From Mustelus asterias (Eukaryota), in contig NC_135832.1 in NCBI RefSeq assembly GCF_964213995.1, positions 1,860,001 through 1,924,000 on the forward strand: a DNA stretch of 64,000 nucleotides, in the 5' to 3' direction. Position numbers and translations under genes: made by a program. Below, piece after piece: positions 11,118-23,744 of the stretch. The notes below the pieces were generated by a model. It was not told the origin of the DNA and did no database searches. It saw only the letters and a list, made by a program, of their open reading frames with translations. The first letter of the stretch is position 1. The number at the start of each line of letters is the position of its first letter.

Positions 11118-12003
11118 TGAGCAGGAGAAAATTGGTATACGATTGGATTTAGTTCAGGTGGCAAAAATGCAATCCTTCAATTTGAATCTTAAATTACAGA
11201 ATCATTATGCGGAAATATTATTTCTACCTGACTGACTGTATCAATGCCGCCCTCCCCTAACCCCCTGCAATGAGATAATTGTGAATGAGGAGTGAAGAGG
11301 TCTCAGCGCTGGGAAAAATGCAGCGGTCAGCTGCGAATGAAGCAATTTATTTTCTGTGATCCAGGGTCCGGTTGCAGTGCGATTTACACCGATTATACCC
11401 TCAAAAACTTTGAGGTTGGTCCCCGGCCTGGCAAACAGCGAAAATGCGAATTTTGCGGAAGGTTGCCTTTAAAATAGCGCCCTGCAACAGTCGGGAAAAG
11501 TTATGTACACATCGACTCTCCTCAATCTGATTTTTCCATGTTTCCAGGGAAGTGATTCTGGCATATATTACTGTTACACCGAGGACCTCAGGCCCTAATT
11601 CGTCACCGAGGAAAATGTTCATTCCTGACCCATTTCCTCCAAATCAATGAGGTACACATGTGATTGGAGTAAAACTACACATCACGCCAGGAAGCTACCT
11701 CTTAATTCCGCTGCCCATTGCAATTGCCTGGATGGTTCCAGTGCATGGTGAGGAGAGTTGGCACCAATTCATTTCCTGTCCTCTGGAATGTAACCCCAGT
11801 GCGATACTGAGGAACAGCCCGATCCTTTGTTCAATTACCTTATTGTTATTATTTATTTGTGCATTGTGACTCCGCCTTTCATTGTGCCCATATTCACTTA
11901 CTCTTTCCAATGCTGTGCACGCTCCTATGGCACTAAAACTTGCGTTGCAAACTAACTACAATCCATGAAATTAAGATGGCATCATCAGAAATTTCCAGAA
12001 TCA
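11118..12003 (+). pseudogene. Degenerate IgSF relic, tandem unit 2
   Basis: Direct diverged duplicate of 10150-11107; VRLQC, LIFPCFQGSDSGIYYC (11554-11574), GTHVIG, FQCMVRRVGTNSFPVLWNVT, SFQC. Confidence 0.6.
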
Positions 12004-12349
12004 CTGCCCGGGACAGTTTCCTGCTGTGTGTTAACTCAGAAAATAATTAAACAATGAATATCACAGACAGTGAAATACCCAATTAGCAACATCTGTATCC
12101 AGGACTGACGCTGTGAGCTCAACAGAAATCGCAAGTTCAAAAAGATGAAATGTAATCATTTAGTTATATGTCAATTATATATCAAGCCGGACCATCGTTA
12201 TAACAAAAGCACAACAAATCGATACTTACATAACGAATGTAAGAATACAAAGAAGGCATGAAACATTTTAAGCAAGGATTTAGGGGGCAAAAGTAAGCTA
12301 TGAAACATCATCGGCATGGAGAGTGAAGGAAAATCCCTTGTCACTTTGT

Positions 12350-14530
12350 GTTTATATGGAGTAAGGGGAAATATGAAGACATCAGACAGCAAATTAGAGG
12401 AGTAAATTGGAAGGAGGCATTCTCGGGGAAATGTACTGAAGAGAGGTGGCAGTTTTTCAAGGAATGTCTGTCCAGAGTTCGACAGAACAACGTTCCGAGC
12501 AGACAGGGAGGTGTTGGTCGTTTAAAGGGACCGTGGTGCCTGAAAGCTGTGCGGAACCTAGTCGAGAAGAAAAGGAAAGCGTACAAAAGTCTCAGAGAGT
12601 TTGGCGAAGATAGGGATTTAGAAGAGTATACGGCTTGTTGGAAGGGACTATAGAAGGAAATTAGGAGAGTCAGAAGGGGTCACGAGAAGGCCCTGGCAGG
12701 TAGGATTAAGGAGAACCCGAAGGCGTTCTATAAATATGTGAAGAGTAAAAGAAGGAACGTGAAGGAATAGGGCCTCCAAAAGGTGAAGGCGGGAAAGTCT
12801 GTACGGAACCAGTAGAAATGGCAGAGGTGCTCAATGAGTATTTTGCCTCGGTTTTCACAGAGGAGAAAGACCTGGGTGCATGTACTGTGGGCGTGCGGTG
12901 GACTGAAAGGATTGAGTATGTGGACTTTAAGAAAGAGGTTGTGCTGGAATCTTTGAATGGCATCAAGATAGATAAGTCACCGGGTCCGGATGAGATGTCC
13001 CCCAGGTTACTGTGGGAGGAGAAGGAAGAGATTGCAGAGCCTCTGGCGATGACCATTGTGTCGTTGATGGAGATGGGAGAGGTGCCGGAGGATTGGAGGA
13101 TTTCGGATGTGGTTCCTATTTTCAAGAAGGGGAATAGGGATAGCCCAAGTAATGACCGACCGGTGAGTCTAACCACAGTGGTTGGTACTCTGATGGAGAA
13201 GATCCTGAGGGACAGGACATATGAGCATTTAGAGAGGTTTAGTATGCTCAAGAATACTCAGCATGGATTTGTCAAAGGCAAATGGTGCCTTACGAGCTTG
13301 GTGGAGTTCTTCGAAAATGTAACTAAATACATTGACGAAGGGAAGGCGGTTGACGTGGTTTATATGGATTTTAGCAAGGCGTTCGAGAAGTTCCCCCATG
13401 CAAGGCTTCTGGAAAAAGTGAGAGGGCATGGGATCCAAGGGGCTGCTGCCCGGTGGATCCAGAACTGGCTTGCGCAAAGGAGGCAGAGAGTGGGTATAGA
13501 TGGGTCTTTTTCTAAATGGAGGTCGGTCACCAGTGGTGTGCACCAGGGATCTGTTCTGGGACCCTTGCTGTTTGTCATTTTCATAAATGACCTGGACGAG
13601 GAAGCGGAGGGATGGGTTGGTAAGTTTGCCAATGACACGAAGGTTGATGGGGTTGTGGATAGTCTGGAGGGATGTCAGAAGTTACAGAGGGACGTAGATC
13701 GGATGCAAGACTGGGCGGACAAGTGGCAGATGGACTTCAACTCAGATAAATGCGTCGTGGTCCATTTTGGTAGTTCAAATGGGATGAAGGAGTACAATAT
13801 AAAGGGAAAGACTCTTAGTACTGTAGGGGATCAGAAGGACATTGGGGTCCGGGTCCATAGGACTCTGAAATCGGCCCCGCAGGTGGAGGAGGTGGTTAAG
13901 AAGGCTTATGTTGTGCTGGCCTTTATCAATCGAGGGATTGAGTTTAGGTGTCCAGGGATAATGATGCAGCTATATAAGACTCACGTCAGACCCCACTTGG
14001 AGTACTGTGCTCAGTTCTGGTCGCCTCACTATAGGAAGGATGTGGAAAAGATTGAAAGTGTGCGGAGGAGATTTACAAGGATGTTGCCTGGATTGAGTGG
14101 CATGCCTTATGAGGATAGGCTGAAGGAGCTCGGTCTTTTCTCCTTGGAGTGACGAAGGATGAGAGGAGACCTAATAGAGGTGTATAAGATGTTGAGAGGC
14201 ATAGATCGGGTGGACTCTCAGAGGCTTTTTCCCATGGTGGAAATGTCTGCGACGAGAGGACACTGGTTTAAGGTGCTGGGGGGTAGATACAGGGGAGATG
14301 TTAGGGGTAATTCTTTCACACAGACGGTGGTGGGCGAGTGGAATCGACTGCCGTCAGTGGTGATGGAGGCGACCTCAATAGGGTATTTTAAGAGACTCCT
14401 GGATGAGTACATGGAGCTTAATAGCATGGAGGGTTATAGGTTACTCTAGAAGGTGGGGATGTGTTCGGCACAATTTGTGGGCCGTAGGGCCTGTTTGTGC
14501 TGTAGTTTTTCTATGTTCTATGTTTCTATG
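12350..14530 (+). mobile_element. 5'-truncated CR1 LINE, close to the subfamily of 824-5092
   Basis: ORF 12818-14152 RT (FAND variant), stops, TTCTATG tail. Confidence 0.92.
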
Positions 14531-15632
14531 AACAAGAGAGTAGCTGGGGAAAACGTATGTTTACTGAAAGACAAGGAACGATATGAATCCGTGGACCAGT
14601 CTTGACAGACGAAGACATTGTGCATGGTGTGTCCAGAGAGGGGCATGTTGATATTCGAGGGCATTTCGCAAAAAAATGCTGAAGATGTTGGGTGTTTTGA
14701 AAAATTTGTCAAATGGACAAGTCTCCAGGTTTTCATGGAATCTATCCCAGAATAAAAAGAGAGGCGAGGATGGAAATTGCCGGGGCCTTGTACGAAATCT
14801 GCGGATCCTCCTCAGTCACAGAAAAGTTCCCAGAGGACTGGAGAACAACCAACGTCTTCCTTTTCTTTCAGATGTAGGACAGGAATAATCCAGGAAATAA
14901 TTGGCCAGTGAACCTTACGTCAGTGGTCGGGAAAAGATAGGAGAAGATTATCTGAGGCAATAATTACTCACAATTGGAAACATATGGATTTATTAGTGAG
15001 CGGCAGCGTGTCTTTGCGCAGGGGATGTTGTGTCTCACAAGCTTGATTGTGTTTTGAGATGAAGTGACAACGATGACTGATGAGCATAGGGCGGTGAATA
15101 TTGTCCACATAAACTTTAGCAAGGCATTTGACAAGTTCCCTCATGAAAGGCTGAAATTGAAGGTCAATTCACATGGGATCCACAGTGAGCTGCTAAGATG
15201 GATACAGAACTTGCTTGGCTATAATAGTCAGAGAGTAGCGGTGGAAGTGTGTTTTCCTGACTGGGGATATGTGGCAAGTAGTCTTCTGTGGGGATCAGTG
15301 CATGGACTCCTGTTGTTTGTACGATACACTAATGATGTGGCCGAGCAGGTAGGTGGTCTTATTAGTAAGTTCGCAGAAAACACAAAGATTGGAGGAGCTG
15401 AAGGTGTTGAGGAGGATTGCCATAGGATGGAGCAGGATATAGATAGGCTGGACACTTGGGTCGTCAAAGGGCAGATGGAATTTATTCCGGGCAAATGCAA
15501 GTGGATGTAATTTAGAAGGTCCCATTCAGGAGGCAAATGTGCAATAAATGGACGAACACGGAAGCATTAATAGGCACAGAGATTATTGTGGACAATCCAC
15601 AGTTCCCTGCAGATGGCATAATAAGTGAATCA

Positions 15633-15934
15633 TTAAGCACTGCAGCTTCACAGCTCCAGGGAGCTGAGTTCGATTCCCGGCTTGGGTCACTGTCTGTGTG
15701 GAGTTTGCACATTCTCCTTGTGTCTGCGTGGGTTTCCTCCCAGTGCTCCGGTTTCGTCCCACAGTCCAAAGATGTGCGGGTTAGGTTGATTGGCCATGCT
15801 AAAATTTCCCCTTACAATTCTGAGATGCGTAGGTTAGAGGTATATGGGGGTAAGGCCTGGATGGGATTGTGGTCGGTGCAGACTCGATGTGCCAAATGGC
15901 CTCTTTCTGTACTGTAGGGTTTCTATGATTCTAT
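15633..15934 (+). mobile_element. HE1-type tRNA-derived V-SINE (5' end trimmed)
   Basis: ttagcactgc..gttcgattccc B-box, V core tgtgtggagtttgcacattctc..gtctgcgtgggtttcctcc, ttctatga tail. Confidence 0.88.
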
Positions 15935-15970
15935 GTGGTCAAAAAGACCTATGGCATGCTGCCTTTATTG

Positions 15971-16003
15971 TTGGACTTTAACCTGGTCTTGTCAGACTTC
16001 TTA
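15971..16003 (+). mobile_element. 33-bp Penelope pLTR fragment with 8-bp TSD
   Basis: ttggactttaacctgg..agacttctta flanked by CTTTATTG at 15963-15970 and 16004-16011. Confidence 0.65.
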
Positions 16004-16984
16004 CTTTATTGGTCGGGGCATAGCGTAGAAAAATGGCAAGTCATTTTACAGCTTCATAAAGCTTAGTTCGGCCCCATTTGAAAAATTCTGCACAGTTCTG
16101 GTCGCCACACTAACAGAACGATATGGAGACTTTAGGCAGGGTACAGAAAAGGGTCACTAGGATGTTGCCTGGTTTGGAGGGCATTAGTCATGAGGAAAGT
16201 TTGGACAAACCTGATTCCTTTCGCTTGAACTTCGGAGGCTGAGGGGCAACCTGATAGATGGTTAAACAATTCGGATATTACTTTTGATGATCGGCCATGA
16301 TCAAAATTGAGGAGGCTCGAAGGGCCGAATTACCGACTCCTACTTATATTTCATATGTTGTGATATGTTTATGTGACTCTACAAAATTATGAGAGGCATG
16401 GATAGAGTAGATCGTGGAGGATTCTTTTCACGAGGGTAGAAATGCGAAGTACCAGGGAACATAGATTTAAGGTAAAAAGGTGATTTTTTGAAACGAGAAG
16501 TGGCAGAGTTGTTTTCAACAACGAGGGTGGTCAGTGTCTCGAATGCGCTGCCAGAGGCGATGCAGCAGCAGATACAATATCAACGTTTACGAGGCATCTT
16601 TACAAACGCATGAATGTGGAAGGAATGGAGGGATAAGACCTCGCAGAGGCAACAGGTCTGCAGTTTCGAAATGCATTGTATGCCCGTGCAGGCTTGGTCG
16701 GCAGAATGGCCTGTTCCTGTGCTGCGCTTTCCTTGGTAATTTGACATGTGACACTAAATAATAAAACATGTCAGTAACTGGAGCTACACAATCAGCAGAA
16801 AGTTTTCAGGAAAACTCTGCGAAGTCCCTTGACATTGTTAAATGCTTTTGAAAGCTTCAACAGACTATCCCAAACGGTACTGGGATACCCGAAGCTGAAT
16901 CATTCACGATGAATAATAAGACCAAACTTTGGCGAATACGTGGGGATAGTTCAGCTGTTTTATGGGAGACTCCATTGCTCCATT

Positions 16985-16990
16985 TTTATT
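16985..16990 (-). promoter_or_regulatory. Candidate AATAAA polyadenylation signal of the IgSF receptor gene
   Basis: tttatt on plus, about 70 nt past the TGA at 17062. Confidence 0.4.
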
Positions 16991-17061
16991 TCCACAAAGC
17001 AAAGTATTGTTTTACACATGCTGTCTCCTCGACAATTCACCCCGGAGAAACTATTCGATTC

Positions 17062-17139
17062 TCATCTTCGGCTTGCCTTTTTTGATCTATGTTCCAATGC
17101 AACCAAATCCAGCGAGGCGTAGAGAGGTCCATCCTGTGA
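17062..17139 (-). CDS. V-C1 IgSF receptor exon 8 (terminal; SQDGPLYASLDLVALEHRSKKASRR*, ITIM-like YASL)
   Basis: Acceptor atgtttcccag; phase 0 matches exon 7; Tyr motif. Confidence 0.72.
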   Translation of the reverse strand, partial: SQDGPLYASLDLVALEHRSKKASRR

Positions 17140-17429
17140 CTGGGAAACATATTAAACGTTAACGTTGACAATAATTAGAAAACAGGTGATACCATCCTGA
17201 TCTGCATTCCAAATTTAAAAAAAAAACATTTAACGATGCAGTCTTATCATTCCTCAAATCAGTCAGCAATTAATTTCCTTCTATTAATTAACCAGCTGTG
17301 TTTTGAATGTTAATGTTCAATCTGTTTCAATACCCTCATTTAAGCATAAGCCCATAAAATCGAGAGATACCAGCAGAAGTAGATCATTTTACTCTTTGAG
17401 TCTGCCCGCCATTCCGGAAGATCATGACT

Positions 17430-19320
17430 TTTTAAAAATTGTTTATGGTATGTGGACTTCTCAGCCTCAATCACCGTTTATCACTCATAGCTTCACTTGA
17501 GCAGCTGATGGGGAACTGATTTTTTCAACTGTTGCATTCCTGAGGTGTCAATACACTGGCCGTGCTTTCAGGAGAGAATTCCAGGATTTTCATACAGCAT
17601 CAGGAAAGGAACGGCGGTATATTACCAAGTTAGTATAGCGAATGACTTGGAGAACAAGATCAGCTTGGCACTGTTCTAAGCAATCTGCTGTCCTTTTCCT
17701 TCGCAATGGCAGTGGCCCTCAGTTTGGAAGGTTGTGCTGAACGAAACTTGTTGATTCTGTTCAATGATTCTGGTAAATTTTCACATTGCTTCGACTTTTA
17801 GAGTGGACTGGATGATTTCGAGCTTCTTGAGTGTTGTTGGAGCTGCACTCATCCAGGCAAGTGGTGCGTATTCCATCATAAGTCCGAATTTTGCCTCTTT
17901 GGTGGTGGACAGGCTTCGTGGAGTGAGGAGGTGAGTTACTCGCCGCAGATGTTCTGGCTTTGAGTGGCTCTTGTCGCCAATATGGCGAGCCAATTCACTT
18001 GCTAGTCAATGTTAACCTCCGGATGTTCATAGCGGGAGATGATTCTCTCTACTCATGTTCGAGATGGTCACTGCCTCGCACTTCTCTGATGCGAATTCTG
18101 ATGCGAATGCTACTTGATACTTGTCAGTTCAAGCCTAGATATTGTCCGTGTTATACTGTGCATGGACATGGAATTATTCCAGGGTTGAGGAGCCAGGATC
18201 ACTGCTGAACATAGTGCAGTCATCAGTGAAATTCACTACTTATGGCATTTTGATGGAAGGAAGGTCATCAATGAAATCGCTGGAGATGTTTGGGCCTAAG
18301 ATACGAACCCATTGGAACTTCTGCAGTGACACCCTGCAGATAAGACTCCAGAACTTAGAACTCCAGGTGTGACTCCAACCAGCAGAGTGTTGAATCAAAA
18401 TTCCTATTCAATCCAGTTTGAATAATAGTATCTCCGCAGATCAGAAGGAGGGCATTCGGCCCATCGAGTCTGCACCGGCCAGAATCCCACATGGCCTCAT
18501 TCCAACAACACGACGTATTTGCTCTTCTCGTCCCCCTGGCACTAAGCAGCAAATTAACACAGCCAATCCACCAAATCGCACATGTTTAGAGTGTGGGAGG
18601 AAACAGGAGTACCCTGTGAAAAGCCACGCAGACACAGCGAGAAAGCAGAAACTCCACAGGCAGTCTCCCTAAGCCGGAATTGGACCCAGGAACCTAGCGC
18701 TGTGAGGCAGCAGTGCTAACACTGTGCCATCGTGCTACATCGATTTTTGCTCGGGCTCCTTGGTGTTATATTCGGATGCATGATGCCTTCATATCAAGGC
18801 AAATCATTCTCTTGTCACCATAGCACTGTTGGTGAGCTCCTTTGTCTATGTTTAAACCAAGGTTCTCATGAAGTGAAGAGTTGGGGGGCGTTACAGTAAC
18901 CCAAACTGAGTGTCCATGAGTAGGTTATTGTTGATTAAATGCCGCTTAGTAGCACTGTTGTTGACCCGTTCAAACACTTTACTTTTGATCGAGTGTAAAC
19001 TGATGGCGCAGTAATTGGCTGGGTTGTATGTGTCCTTTTTCCTATGGACAGGGCATAACGGGACAATCTTCAATCTTAAGTGTCAATGCCAGTGTGGCAG
19101 CTTTAATGGAATAGCTTGGCTAGGGTTGCAACAACCTCAAAAGCAGAGTGGCTCAGTGTTATAGCCGCACCATCGTCATGCCGATAGCCCTTGCAGTATC
19201 CAATGCTGCTTATTGTAATCAAGGACAGTAAATTGAATTGGCTGAAGACTGACATCTGCAAAGAAGGGGGTCCCGAGAGGAGGCCAAAATGATTATCCAC
19301 TCGACATTTTTGGATGAGGG
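17430..19320 (-). mobile_element. Degenerate L2-like LINE fragment with nested SINE
   Basis: NPANYCAISL..TQFG and [30 protein letters not shown], homologous to 5171-8090. Confidence 0.75.
18420..18740 (-). mobile_element. HE1-type V-SINE, diverged
   Basis: Reverse complement of the SINE head (gcagcagtgctaac..tgtgcc) and V core. Confidence 0.75.
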
Positions 19321-19326
19321 TTGCGA

Positions 19327-19662
19327 ATCATAGAATCATAGAAACCCTACAGTGCAGAAAGAGACCATTTCGCCCATCGAGTCTGCGCCGACCACAATAC
19401 AACCCAGGCCCTATCCCATATCCCGACATCTTTACCCGCTAATCCCTCTAACCTACGCATGCCAGTCCACTAAGGGGCAACTTTAGCATGGCCAATCAAC
19501 CTAAACCGCATATCATTGGACTGTGGGAGGAAACCGGAGCACCCGGAGGAAGCCCACACAGACACGAGGAGAATATGCAAACTCCACACAGACAGAGACC
19601 CAAGCGAACCCAGGTCCCTGGAGCTGTGAAGCAGCAGTGCTAAGCATTGTGCTACCGTGCCG
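19327..19662 (-). mobile_element. HE1-type V-SINE
   Basis: catagaatcatagaa tail, V core, head ending gtgccgcc. Confidence 0.88.
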
Positions 19663-20900
19663 CCTTACCTTTTCCAGGGTTGGGTTCCTCCCTTCCCCTT
19701 CATTGAATACTTCGGTATTTCTGGAGCCTCCTCCACCAGCGAGTTGCTTAATTATCCATCACAAATTGGGACTGGATGCAGAAGGGCTGCAGAGTGTCGA
19801 TTTCATTGGTTGAAATTTGATGTGATAATCCTCAAATCTGTTTTACAACCTTATCACCCTACTCATAATCCCCTTTCTGACGAACAATCTGTCTCCCTCA
19901 GCTCTCAATATATGTTTCCATCCAAACTTTACTCCTCTGTGCACTAAATCATTTCACAGTTTCACAACCCTGTGAGAGAAGAAATCTCCTTCATCTCCTT
20001 TATCTCTGCATTACTTGGGCGACTTCTTCCGATGAGATCTTCTCACTCTCCTGAATGCCATTGTGTACCGACCCAACGGATCAACCTCTCCTCAGACGGA
20101 AATACCTCCATACCTGCGATCAATCAAGCGAATCTTCTATGCGCTGCATCCAGTGTCAGCGTATTTGTTTCTTCGTTATGGGGATCAGAAGTGTTCATTA
20201 CTCCAGCTCTGGTCTAACTAGAGTATTGCACAATTTAAGAAATTTTGCACATTTTTATGATCCATTCCCTTTGAAACAGAGGCCAACATTCTACTTGCGA
20301 TTACCTGATGAACGTGCATGCTAGAGTTTTGTGATTCGTTCGTGAGCTCCGAATTCTCTCAGTGCTGCAGCTTTCTGTTTTCTTTATCCACTGAGATAAT
20401 ACTCATCTCTTGTATTCTTTCCATCGCACTTTCAATCACCTTTGCATTGCCCTACGTTAAATATCATTTATCGCTTTTCTACCAGTCATTTAACCTCTGT
20501 ATATCCCTCTGTATAGTATTTCCGTCATCATTAACTTTTGCAATGCATTCATTTTGGGGTGATCCACCAACTTGATTTGAGTCAATTCACTTTTCTAGTC
20601 ATGCTCATGAATGTATATTGCAAATAAATGTAGCCCGAGCAATGATTCATGTGACAATCCATTAGTTCCACATAGCGGTCCTGAAAATTCGTCTTATCTC
20701 GACGCTCTTTTTTTATCCCCACACCACACCCTCGCCTCACACCTTATGCTAACACTAAGACTTGTCGTGGCATTCAGACCTGAAATTCTTACCAAGTCGC
20801 TGTAGTTGTGACTCACACATTTGATCTTGCAGCGCAGATGCATGAGAGGGTTGGCGACAGGGAGAGAGCCGGGAGCTGCCCAGTAATCAAGACTCAATAT

Positions 20901-20969
<69 letters not shown>
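20901..20969. repeat. (CA)n microsatellite
   Basis: Near-perfect CA run. Confidence 0.95.
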
Positions 20970-20972
<3 letters not shown>

Positions 20973-22347
20973 TGCACTCGCATATCAAAATAGATTCAGA
21001 TATGCACCTAAATACAGATGCACACACAAACGCATACACGCAGTCTCACACAGAACACACCCATATAGATGCGAACACACATATACTCAAGCACAGATTT
21101 CCCCTCACACACAGTCTCACTCATTCATACAGATGCATAGACACCACCACTTATGCCTGCACACACAAACAGATTATATTTAACGGAGGGCAATGTAAAT
21201 TTATGCACTGTGTTGGGAAGAATACAGGATCTGAATATTATTTAAGTGGATAAAGACAACAGAAACCTTCAGCACTGTGAGGCTTCGAGCTTCATGCATA
21301 AATCACAGAAATCCAGCATGCAAGTTCATCAGGCAATGGCAAATAGAATGTAGGCCTCTGTTTAAAAGGTAATGGAGTATACAGGTCTCACACACACAAA
21401 GCATGATCTCTACCCGCCCTTCTCACTATCTCTCTTTCTCTCTCTTTCTCTCTCACACACACACACAATCACACACAAACATACGCACATAGAGTCTCAC
21501 ACACTCACTTGAGTCCGACTCAAGAACAAAGTTTTCCCTGCTGACATCAGACTTTTGAATGGCCTACCTCACATTAAGTTCATATTTCGCTCCACCCCAG
21601 TTAAATCTGTAACACCACTTTCTGCACTCTTTCCTTTCCATATCTGTGAACGGCATGTTTTGTCCATATGGTGCGCAAGAAACAGTAAGTTTCACTGTAT
21701 ACTGATAGATGTGGCAGTTTCAAATCAATCAAATCAAATCAAAATCAAAATACGGATGCAAAGAATATTTGCACGCAGCCGCATGCACACAAGTATTATC
21801 GCTTCTATTTCCCTCTCTCTCTCTCTCTTGCTCTTTTCTCAGGCTCGGTCTCTCCCGTTCGTTCTCGCTAATTCTCTTTTGTCGAATTAACCAAAACATG
21901 TTTCAATTGTTTATAAAGCTACAATATGTTTGGTCTTATCTTCATTCCAATGGTAGTGGTTGTGGGTTTACAGGGAAGCGTGAACGTGTGGATGGGAGGA
22001 ATCTGGGAGTTGAGGGAATGGAGACGAGACACACTCAAGAGAGAAGTAAAGTGAAAAAATAGTAAAAGGTAGGCCATGCATTTTTGGAATTGCTGGGAAT
22101 CCTCTGTAATGTCTGACGGAGATAGTCTAAGCAGAACATTAATGTATGATCTGATGAAAGGGAGGCAAAGGGAGAGATAAAGGTTCCAGTTCAGAAGAAG
22201 GATTGTGATTTGAAACAAATTTAAAAGTTTTGGGCAGACTTGCGTTCTGTTTACCGTATGATATATACAGCATGGGATGTCCTTCACTTTATTCCTATAA
22301 AATCAGCAATATTCCAGTCAACATTACAACATATGCATTACACTTAC

Positions 22348-22397
22348 CCGTGATGTACCGTCTTGCCTTCCCAGTGTCTGTGTTTGACCATGATAAC
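22348..22397 (-). CDS. V-C1 IgSF receptor exon 7 (cytoplasmic, GYHGQTQTLGRQDGTSR)
   Basis: ttcacag acceptor, GG|gtaagt donor, 50 nt, phase 1 to 0. Confidence 0.75.
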
Positions 22398-22462
22398 CTG
22401 TGAATTGAAGTTTCAGATTTAAATTTGAATATTTTCCTAATCTGACTATTTAATATTTAATT

Positions 22463-22800
22463 AGGGTGGCACAGTGACACATAGGTTAGCACTGGTTCCT
22501 CACTGCTCCAGGGACCTGGTTCGATTCCCGGCTTGGCTGACTGCCTGAATTTGCACATTATCCTCGTGTCTGCGTTGGTTTCCTCCAGATGCTCTTGGTT
22601 CCTCCCACATTTCAATGATTTGCAGGATAAGTTGATTGGCCATGCTAAATTGCCCTTCAGTGTCCCAGGGTGCGTAGGTTAGGGGGATTAGTGGCATAAA
22701 TATTCTGTGTGACGGCGAGAGGGCCTGGGTGGGATTGCTGTCGGTGCAGACCCGATGGGCCGAATGGCCTCCTTCGGCACTGTGGGGATTCTATGATTTT
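22463..22800 (+). mobile_element. HE1-type V-SINE (intronic)
   Basis: ggtggcacagtg..gttagcact A-box, gttcgattccc B-box, V core. Confidence 0.85.
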
Positions 22801-23111
22801 GGACATAGGGAACCAACTATCATTTAATGTGCCAATGGCACATTGTATCAATTGTCCCCACATTTCAATGGGAAAAACATCCAAAGAAGGCTCGTGAACT
22901 CAATACACCACTTGTCAAGCAATACTTAAAGGAGACCAATTTGTCACCATGTATGTCTTCACTGACCCACTGGTGCATTGTTGGCATAATGGGACCAATA
23001 GCGAACAGATTGAATGAAGAACGTATTTTTTACGGCAGGAAATGCCTTTTTCAATTTTTGAGTTTCCCATATTTGATGTTTAATCTATGCCAACATTTCA
23101 AAGCAACTCAC

Positions 23112-23164
23112 CTGTTTGCCGCTCTTTCCGCGCCCGTCGTGATGTTGTTTCTGCCAACGTAACA
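23112..23164 (-). CDS. V-C1 IgSF receptor exon 6 (cytoplasmic, NVTLAETTSRRARKERQT)
   Basis: ttttgtccttatccag acceptor, CAG|gtgagt donor, 53 nt, phase 2 to 1. Confidence 0.78.
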
Positions 23165-23387
23165 CTGGATAAGGACAAAATGTATTAAGATGTTGTGCTC
23201 GTCCTGACCCAGATGTCAGAATTTGTTTAGAAAAGTATTTCCGAACGGTTTTAGTGTAGGTCCATAAATAGCAGGCAGCATGCAAAACCATAACATGAGA
23301 ATCAGTGTTGAAGCTGAATGGGATTTCACAGTGCTAAATACCGAGAGGGTGCTCTTGACGCACTGTGCAAATGGTTATGTTACTCAC

Positions 23388-23418
23388 TTTTCATTATGGA
23401 TTTCCTTGCTGCGTCCTC
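23388..23418 (-). CDS. V-C1 IgSF receptor exon 5 (cytoplasmic, GGRSKEIHNE)
   Basis: tttattcttgcag acceptor, gtgagt donor, 31 nt, phase 1 to 2. Confidence 0.75.
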
Positions 23419-23516
23419 CTGCAAGAATAAACTGCAGTTAGCAATATTAAACAACATGATGAGAATCACATTGGACAAACAAAAACGCCAATGTCATTCT
23501 AAACATTAACTCTCAC

Positions 23517-23618
23517 CTGTTCTGTCGCTTTTGCAAACCCAGATGGACAGAAGGACCAAGAGGAGAATCAGAATCACCAGGACTGTTATGGCAATGGGAT
23601 GTTTCAGACTGCACCATC
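23517..23618 (-). CDS. V-C1 IgSF receptor exon 4 (transmembrane, GWCSLKHPIAITVLVILILLLVLLSIWVCKSDRT)
   Basis: ttttctctctgcag acceptor, CAG|gtgag donor, 102 nt, phase 1-1, uncharged hydrophobic stretch. Confidence 0.88.
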
Positions 23619-23744
23619 CTGCAGAGAGAAAACACTGAGAAACTGTCATGGGTCAACGTTATAAAACGGAGGTGGATCCCCCCACCCTCCCCCCTCAGAG
23701 AACTAATACCAAACGACTCAAAGAGGATTAGCTCGCCTCATTAT

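Larger units (their letters stand above)
14535..16740 (+). mobile_element. Old degenerate CR1 fragment(s) with nested SINE and micro pLTR insert
   Basis: NFSKAFDK and ISKFAENTKIGG remnants in ORF 15064-15510. Confidence 0.75.
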
